A stretch of DNA of 19,108 nucleotides from Oligoflexales bacterium (lineage in GTDB: Bacteria; Bdellovibrionota_B; Oligoflexia; Oligoflexales; CAIYRB01), in assembly GCA_041736175.1 (NCBI GenBank), contig JBGSUI010000087.1, positions 1 to 19,108 of the forward strand, written 5' to 3'. The number at the start of each line of letters is the position of its first letter. Positions within the stretch are counted from its first letter, which is position 1. This document shows positions 9,156 to 15,510 of the stretch, piece after piece. The translations under genes were made by a program, and so were the position numbers. The notes under the pieces were generated by a model, which saw only the letters and a list, made by a program, of their open reading frames with translations, was not told where the DNA came from and ran no database searches.

Positions 9156-9989
9156 TTACTGGCTCATCATTAAAAATGTAGTCCCGCTACAGTTTATCTC
9201 TTTTACCTGAAAAGGCATGCCACTCAGTGGTTGTCCTAGGGAACAGATGGTTTCAGAACTCAAGAGGTTTTTTAGATTGCCAGTAACTTTAAGGATCTCT
9301 CCATTGAGAAATTCAAGTTCTTTTTGCCCACCTTTAAAAGCTTCCAGGAACTTTGGATCTGGCCCTTCGGTTCCCTGGTTGAGCTGCACTGCCAAAGATG
9401 CCTTAAATCCCTTATCGAGATTATTGACTCCCTCCTGAAACCTATCTAGGACCCCAAGGAGCGTCGCGAGAGATTGCATTAAAAACGTTAGATTTCCTTC
9501 GTTTTCAATTTCGGAGGTCTTTAGATTTCCCATCTGTTCTTTGATTTGGATGGCTTGGGATTTAAGAACACCGAATTTTTGACTTATATCGGATAATTTC
9601 AACGATTCTTCACCATCTACCATTATTTTATTCTCTAGAACTTGATTTGTAAATATATACATATTTATATAATCCTCTAGTGGCCCAAGATTGTTTGCAA
9701 TCATGGATTCTAATTTAGACTCTACCCTCTCGACCAATGTTTTTAAGGCTGCACTATCCTTTAATCCTTTGATCTCACGTAAGACGACATCTTGTGCAGG
9801 ATTTGCTGGGGCCTGTGGAGTCGCCTCAGCCGAGGCCCCTGCGCTGGAGGGGGTATTTAGTTCAACGCTGCTGGCGCATTTTTTACCTAAACATTTGATC
9901 GGTCGGTTGCACGACATCATGATGTTAGACACGAATATGGTGATTATGATTACCAAAGATTTTTCTTTCACTAGATTCTTCAAAGTCAT
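9156..9989 (-). CDS. Hypothetical alpha-helical/coiled-coil lipoprotein
   Basis: ATG at 9989 preceded by GGAG. Basic N-region, hydrophobic stretch, IMMSC lipobox-like, Ala/Pro/Ser linker, heptad-like helices. Confidence 0.65.
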   Translation of the reverse strand: MTLKNLVKEKSLVIIITIFVSNIMMSCNRPIKCLGKKCASSVELNTPSSAGASAEATPQAPANPAQDVVLREIKGLKDSAALKTLVERVESKLESMIANNLGPLEDYINMYIFTNQVLENKIMVDGEESLKLSDISQKFGVLKSQAIQIKEQMGNLKTSEIENEGNLTFLMQSLATLLGVLDRFQEGVNNLDKGFKASLAVQLNQGTEGPDPKFLEAFKGGQKELEFLNGEILKVTGNLKNLLSSETICSLGQPLSGMPFQVKEINCSGTTFLMMSQ

Positions 9990-10027
9990 TGTTAGTCTCC
10001 ATCCATACAAGATCAGCGATACCTTCC

Positions 10028-10054
10028 CTATCGGAAAATAGGGTGTACAAAATA
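10028..10054 (-). promoter_or_regulatory. Weak sigma28-like promoter
   Basis: Minus strand TTAT-N15-TCCGATAG upstream of the 9989 start. Good -10, poor -35. Confidence 0.35.
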
Positions 10055-10234
10055 AGTCCCAAAATTTTCTAGGTATAACGACATGAATTTATTGTTTTTT
10101 AAAAGGACGAAACCGTCTTTATTTCGTAAGGAGCAGATTTGTAGATTTGATTACAAAAAAATTACAGACATCTCGCTTTCATCCTTAAACCCCATGTTAT
10201 ATTCAATAGGCCAACCATTAAGGGAACATTTTCC

Positions 10235-11356
10235 ATGCATCAGGACTCCTCTACAGCCGCCTCCTTCGTCGGAGGAAACACAAGACGTTCTAACGATCCT
10301 AAAAACCCACCGGACACTCTGCCAAAGATTATCCGGAAAATCCCAAAGGATTGTTTTAACCTATCCCTGACCCGATCCCTTGCAGCCTTGGGCCTGGATT
10401 TTGGGCTCGTGATCCTCCTCGGATATTTGATCGTCACCGTCCAGAATGGACTGCTGGCCCTACCCCTCGCTCTCCTTTTGGGGACGGTGATGACAGGGCT
10501 CTTTGTGATCGGTCACGATGCTGGCCATCGGTCTTTTAGCTACTCCGAAAAGATAAATGATTTCTTTGGACATATAGCCATGGCACCCCTGTTATGGCCG
10601 TTTCATGTATGGCGTCTCAGCCACGACGTCCACCACAGATGGACCCATCACGTGGAAAAAGAAATCGCCTGGCGCCCGCTGACCATCGATCAATACCAAA
10701 AACTCCCAGGGTGGATGCGCAAGATCTATGGCTGGTCGCGAGGCACTGTGTTTTTTTGGGCCTCCATTCTTTTTCAGCAGTCTTTTGTGATCGATGGTCT
10801 TAAAGGACGCTTTTTTGAACCCAAGGATCTCAGGAAAATTCGATTTTCGTTAGCCTTTACTCTTGTTGCGGCGATTTTATATATAGGCGGTGTTTATGCC
10901 CTCAGTGGATGGTATGGAGTCCTTTGGCTTTTTCTTGTGCCCCAGTTAGCCTTTCATTTTTGGTTGTCGACGTTCACCCTTTTTCACCACACCAATGTCA
11001 AAAATGAGCCCTTGAACGGAGAAAATTGGACCCCTGAGCGGGCCCAATTAGCCAATACGGTACACGTATCCTATCCATGGTGGGTTGATTTTTTAACCCA
11101 TGATATCTCCTGGCATATCCCCCATCATATCTGCGTCGGTATCCCTTTCCACCATCTGCGCAAAGCCCATGATGCCCTTAAAAAAGCCTACCCCCAATGG
11201 GTCGTCGAACGCACTTTCGGACCCGAACTCATCCGCGAAGTCATCAGCTCATGCCACCTTGTCGAAGGCAACGATCCTGGCCAACAAAACTGGGTCACCC
11301 TGAGGGAAGTCGACCATCAAAAGCTGGCATCTTCGGTACATTCGATCAAGACCTAA
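10235..11356 (+). CDS. desA: Membrane fatty acid desaturase, Delta12/omega-6 (cyanobacterial DesA-like)
   Basis: Three His boxes (GLFVIGHDAGHRSF, PFHVWRLSHDVHH, HDISWHIPHH), FWLSTFTLFHHT, transmembrane segments. Regiospecificity is inferred from motif context. Confidence 0.88.
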   Translation: MHQDSSTAASFVGGNTRRSNDPKNPPDTLPKIIRKIPKDCFNLSLTRSLAALGLDFGLVILLGYLIVTVQNGLLALPLALLLGTVMTGLFVIGHDAGHRSFSYSEKINDFFGHIAMAPLLWPFHVWRLSHDVHHRWTHHVEKEIAWRPLTIDQYQKLPGWMRKIYGWSRGTVFFWASILFQQSFVIDGLKGRFFEPKDLRKIRFSLAFTLVAAILYIGGVYALSGWYGVLWLFLVPQLAFHFWLSTFTLFHHTNVKNEPLNGENWTPERAQLANTVHVSYPWWVDFLTHDISWHIPHHICVGIPFHHLRKAHDALKKAYPQWVVERTFGPELIREVISSCHLVEGNDPGQQNWVTLREVDHQKLASSVHSIKT

Positions 11357-11496
11357 AGACCAAACAAAGAGACAAAGACGACAGCTTCCGCTAAAGTGGT
11401 CCCCCACGGGACCCCTCTTCGTCTTCCAATGATGGTGGGCTCGTGGAATAGAAATCGAAAGTATCTCCACTACCTTTGAGGACCCAAAGAAAAGTT

Positions 11497-12789
11497 ATGA
11501 CCCTTGACCTTGCCCAAGCCTCGCAGATCTACTTTTTTGCCCGCATCGCCCAATACGCTTTAGAGCGTTCCTTATCCTTAAAAAACTACAAATACACCCG
11601 TGATCCCGCCCGACTGGAATCAGCTCGAAAAGTCCTAAATTTAACCTCTGATGATATGGCCAAAACCCTCGCCTACTCAGAAGATCGGTTTAGGTTTTCA
11701 AGTGTTGTCAATGCTGTGTCGCTGCTCTTGACGCTAGGGTTCCTTGCAAACGACGGATTAGGTTACGTCGAAAGAGCCTCTATGGAAATCTTGCGAAGGT
11801 TTGTACCGGACCCCGCCGGTCCGGGTCAAATCTGGATTGGACTGGTTTTTTTTGGCATTCTAGGAGCGCTGTCGCTGGCAATGTCGATCCCTTTCGACTA
11901 CTACAACACCTTTGTGATTGAGACAAAGCATGGATTTAACCGCCAAACAAAAAAGCAGTTTGTAATCGACCGGTTGAAGGGCCTCCTTCTAGGAATCCTA
12001 CTCGGTGCCCCCCTCTTAGCACTGATCTTATGGATTATGGGAAGCCTTGGACAAAACTGGTGGATCGCCGCGTGGGTGGTCGTAAGCCTCTTTAGTATCC
12101 TCACGTCTTGGATTTATCCAACGTTTCTTGCGCCGCTTTTCAATAAATTTAGCCCCCTAGAGCCAGGACCCCTTAAGGAACAAATCGACCAGCTAGCCCA
12201 AGCCACGGGTTTTCAGTCCGATGGGATTTTTTTAATGGACGCTTCAAAGCGGAGCGGTCATGGGAATGCTTATTTCACCGGCATCTTTGGCAAAAAACGT
12301 ATCGTCCTGTTTGATACACTGATCCAAGCCTTAAAAAATGAAGAGATTGTGGCGGTGTTAGCCCATGAGCTGGGACACTTTAAACTCAAACACGTTTTTT
12401 GGGGTCTTATCAGAGGGCTTATCCAGTCCGCCGCAATATTTTATGTCCTTGGTCTCTGCTTACCTCTTGAGCCTGTTTATACATCTTTTGGTCTAGGTGG
12501 TCGATCGGATTACGGTGCACTGATCGTGTTTGGGGTCTTTCTAGGACTTTTTGAGTTTATGATCCAGCCCCTCGAAAACAACCTTTCAAGGCGCAACGAG
12601 TTTGCCGCCGACCAGTTTGCCCTGAAACATAGCAAAAACCCCGCTGCTCTTGCGGAGGCTCTCCTTAAACTTAGAGAAACAAGCCGCAGTTTGCCCATCT
12701 CCCATCCCTTATTTTCTAAGTTTTATTATACCCACCCCCCCCTTATCGAGAGGCTGGGGGCTATGGGTTATCCGCCCCCAAAAAGTTAG
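11497..12789 (+). CDS. M48 family zinc metallopeptidase (Ste24p/CAAX protease-like)
   Basis: FVIETKHGFN, DASKRSGHGNAYFTG…KRIVLFDTL, HELGH (HExxH), SRRNEFAADQF, YTHPPLIERL. ATG 11497 preferred over TTG 11476. Confidence 0.93.
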   Translation: MTLDLAQASQIYFFARIAQYALERSLSLKNYKYTRDPARLESARKVLNLTSDDMAKTLAYSEDRFRFSSVVNAVSLLLTLGFLANDGLGYVERASMEILRRFVPDPAGPGQIWIGLVFFGILGALSLAMSIPFDYYNTFVIETKHGFNRQTKKQFVIDRLKGLLLGILLGAPLLALILWIMGSLGQNWWIAAWVVVSLFSILTSWIYPTFLAPLFNKFSPLEPGPLKEQIDQLAQATGFQSDGIFLMDASKRSGHGNAYFTGIFGKKRIVLFDTLIQALKNEEIVAVLAHELGHFKLKHVFWGLIRGLIQSAAIFYVLGLCLPLEPVYTSFGLGGRSDYGALIVFGVFLGLFEFMIQPLENNLSRRNEFAADQFALKHSKNPAALAEALLKLRETSRSLPISHPLFSKFYYTHPPLIERLGAMGYPPPKS

Positions 12790-12790
12790 C

Positions 12791-14146
12791 TCAGACCACA
12801 TCCATCGAGTACTTAAGCACCAAGAGGATGGTTAGGAGATACATAAAGGGGTGGACCTCTTTAGGTTTACCACTTAGCAGATGCAGGAGGGTGTAGGCTA
12901 TGATCCCAAAAGCGATCCCGTTTGCGATGGAGTAGGTCAATGGCATCGCCACCATCGTCAAAAAAGCCGGAATCCCTTGCCGATAATCCTCCCAATCAAT
13001 CCCCGAAGCGGCCGCTATCATCATGGCACCCACCAAGATTAATGCGGGAGCAGTGGCCGCCCCTGGGACCACCCCTGCAAGGGGCCAAAACAAAAGGCTC
13101 AACAGAAAAAGCGCCGCGACGGTCACTGCGACCAGTCCGGTGCGACCTCCGTCTTCGATGCCGGCCATGGATTCGATATAACTTGTGGTCGAACTCGTAC
13201 CAACCACCGCACCTAAGGTCGAAGCCAATCCATCGGCCAAAAAAGCCTTTGAACCGCGGGGAAGATTGCCTTGTTTATCGGTAAAACCAGCGCGGTCAGC
13301 CAGTCCCACCAAGGTGCCCGCAGTATCGAAAAAATCTACAAAAAACATCGATAGAATCGTGGTCATCAACGACAAAGACAAAGCCCCTTTGACGTCTAAG
13401 GCAAACATCAGATCCACCGGCCATGCGGGGGACTGGACGACTCCGTGGAGAAACCCGCCAAAGGCCTGTCCATGGTATACGGGAAAGCCTCCAGCAATGG
13501 CCACTGTGCTCACCACAGCTATCCCGATAACAATCGCACCTCGCACCTTGGAAATCAAAAGCACTGCCGTGACCAAAAGTCCCAAACAAGTCAACTTTAC
13601 CGACGGGTTTTTAAAGGAGCCAAGGGTCACCAAGGTCGCTGGGTGATCGACCACAAGACCTGAGTTCATAAGACCGATCATAGCCAGAAACAGCCCGATT
13701 CCGGCTGCTGTCGCTCTCTTAAGGCACATGGGGACCGCCCTAATAATGCTCTCTCTAAGTCCAAAAAGACTGATCACGACAGCCATCAGCCCACTCAAAA
13801 AGACGCATCCAAGGGCGATACGCCAATCAACTTTTTGGTTAAGAACAAGAGTATAGGTAAAAAAGGCGTTAAGACCCATCCCAGGCGCTGTGGCAAAGGG
13901 ATACCGCGCCAAAAGCCCCATCACCAGAGTCCCGACCGCAGCCGCGATGGCCGTTGCTGCCATGATCTGACCATGGGCATTGCTGACTTCAGGAAGCACG
14001 ATCGCCTTACCTAAGATCTCTGGATTTACAAAAAGGATATAGGCCATCGTCAAAAAAGTTGTAAACCCAGCCCTCACCTCCCGACCGACCGTGGTTTTTT
14101 GCTCCTTTAAAAAAAAGTAATCATCAATCATTCTAGCGATCTGCAT
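12791..14146 (-). CDS. NCS2/AzgA-family purine (guanine/hypoxanthine/adenine) permease
   Basis: EVRAGFTTFLTMAYILFVNP, APGMGLNAFF, FFDTAGTL, GTSSTTSYIES…GGRTGL, MPLTYSIANGI. ATG 14146 follows AAGGA. Confidence 0.95.
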   Translation of the reverse strand: MQIARMIDDYFFLKEQKTTVGREVRAGFTTFLTMAYILFVNPEILGKAIVLPEVSNAHGQIMAATAIAAAVGTLVMGLLARYPFATAPGMGLNAFFTYTLVLNQKVDWRIALGCVFLSGLMAVVISLFGLRESIIRAVPMCLKRATAAGIGLFLAMIGLMNSGLVVDHPATLVTLGSFKNPSVKLTCLGLLVTAVLLISKVRGAIVIGIAVVSTVAIAGGFPVYHGQAFGGFLHGVVQSPAWPVDLMFALDVKGALSLSLMTTILSMFFVDFFDTAGTLVGLADRAGFTDKQGNLPRGSKAFLADGLASTLGAVVGTSSTTSYIESMAGIEDGGRTGLVAVTVAALFLLSLLFWPLAGVVPGAATAPALILVGAMMIAAASGIDWEDYRQGIPAFLTMVAMPLTYSIANGIAFGIIAYTLLHLLSGKPKEVHPFMYLLTILLVLKYSMDVV

Positions 14147-14302
14147 CAAATATTCCTTTAAAGTGAGCGGGACAACCTGTAGGGGGTGGATAATGTGCCA
14201 AGATTCCATCCAGTTTCCAAGAAAATTATCCTAAGAAATACTGGCGGCATCAATCCAACTCGGGTAATATGCACTACCATGAGTCTTCATGGTGGTCTAG
14301 CG

Positions 14303-14331
14303 AGAGTAAAAAACTAGAACCCATGATTCAA
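14303..14331 (-). promoter_or_regulatory. Candidate sigma70 promoter of the permease
   Basis: Minus strand TTGAAT-N17-TACTCT. Confidence 0.4.
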
Positions 14332-14374
14332 AACTGAAATCCGGACTTTAATCTAATTTGATATTGGAGCACTT

Positions 14375-15118
14375 ATGAATCTTGAGAAGCTCACCCCCAC
14401 ACAAGAAAAAGCCCTTCGATATATTGAATATTCCGTCCATCGTGAGGGTCTAGCCCCGACCCTTAGGGAAATCTGTGAGTATATGGGCTACAGCGCTGTT
14501 GGCTCGGCACAGGATCTTGTGCGCGCCCTCAAGCGCAAAGGTTATCTTAAAAGTTTCGAACGCAGAGCAGCCCGCTCCCTCATACCGTCTTCGATGCCCG
14601 TCAAGCCCTTTGAACTCCTTGAAAGCGGACTTACGGTCGATGGCTTTTCTTCTAAGGAGGCTAAAAGACATACAGATTGCGTTTCTATAGGCGAAGCCTT
14701 TGCCGAAACCATCTATCTGCCAATCCTGGGCCAAGTCCCCGCCGGCATCCCCATTGAGGCCCATGAAAATCATCTCGGCCAGTTTCCCTCGAGTCTATCC
14801 CTGCTCCCCCAACCGACACCTAAAGTCGATGAGCTTTTTGTGCTCAAGGCCACGGGAGACAGTATGATTGGAGCAGGCATCCTTGAAGGAGACTGGTTAG
14901 TGGTCAAAAAAAGCAAAACCCCTGAGCATGGAGCCATTGTGGTGGCACGGGTGGATGGCGCTGTCACAGTAAAACGCCTGGTCAATGACCGCAAACTCAG
15001 CTGGTGCCTCCAGCCCGAAAACCCCCAGTACCAAACCCTTGTGGGTAAGGAGCAACCCTTTGAATTGGTTGGGCATGTGGTGGCTCTTCAAAGATCGATC
15101 CAAAGAGCTATTCATTAA
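14375..15118 (+). CDS. lexA: SOS repressor LexA
   Basis: N-terminal wHTH (LTPTQ…PTLREI…ALKRKGYL), LPILGQVPAG cleavage site, GDSM catalytic Ser, VTVKR catalytic Lys. GGAG RBS. Confidence 0.95.
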   Translation: MNLEKLTPTQEKALRYIEYSVHREGLAPTLREICEYMGYSAVGSAQDLVRALKRKGYLKSFERRAARSLIPSSMPVKPFELLESGLTVDGFSSKEAKRHTDCVSIGEAFAETIYLPILGQVPAGIPIEAHENHLGQFPSSLSLLPQPTPKVDELFVLKATGDSMIGAGILEGDWLVVKKSKTPEHGAIVVARVDGAVTVKRLVNDRKLSWCLQPENPQYQTLVGKEQPFELVGHVVALQRSIQRAIH

Positions 15119-15178
15119 TCGTACATAGACCTTGCGGTCACGTCGCTGATTCCCTCCCTGCCAGCCATTTTTAGGCGC

Positions 15179-15346
15179 GATGAGGAAATTGCGCCCCATG
15201 CCGTAAGACTTCGCACGGACAGGAAGCTTAAATTGCTCGATGCGATCGTCCTCGCAACTGCTTTCTCGCGTAATCAGGTGCTGGTCACGAGAGATAGTGG
15301 TTTCAGGGCGGATGATCCGCTAGTGCGAATCCCTTATCGTCTTTAA
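15179..15346 (+). pseudogene. vapC: C-terminal half of a VapC/PIN-domain toxin, no start codon
   Basis: Reads DEEIAPHAVRLRTDRKLKLLDAIVLATAFSRNQVLVTRDSGFRADDPLVRIPYRL*, the PIN pattern L-K-L-x-D-A-I-x-x-A-T-A…L-V-T-R-D. The N-terminal D-T-N motif and antitoxin are missing. Not in the ORF track. Confidence 0.8.
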
Positions 15347-15420
15347 CCAAGAACCCCTCAAGAGGCCCTTCCCCAAAAAGTGGCAAGAGCCTTAATTTAC
15401 AGACATCTATAGGCAGTTCT

Positions 15421-15447
15421 TTAAGTTTACGAGAGCGAGTCCGATGA
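15421..15447 (+). promoter_or_regulatory. sigma28/FliA-like promoter
   Basis: TTAA-N15-TCCGATGA, 63 nt upstream of ATG 15511. Confidence 0.5.
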
Positions 15448-15510
15448 GGCTGAAGATTGCTGCCCCTCATGGCTTTTGCAAACTTTTTAGACACAAAAAA
15501 GGATAAAATA

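Noticed and set aside
12922..13663. Antisense/alternate-frame ORFs over the permease, and similar short ORFs over other genes
   Set aside because: They fully overlap well-supported genes and have no motifs; shadow ORFs.
14147..14209. N-terminal extension of the NCS2 permease from ATG 14209
   Set aside because: Family similarity begins near IDDYFFL, and ATG 14146 has an AAGGA RBS.
14147..14374. Canonical purine riboswitch or known SOS boxes
   Set aside because: Consensus cores were not found by eye. Only non-canonical candidates are reported.
15457..15510. TTG start for the 967-aa ORF
   Set aside because: ATG 15511 has an RBS and gives a normal-length lipoprotein signal.
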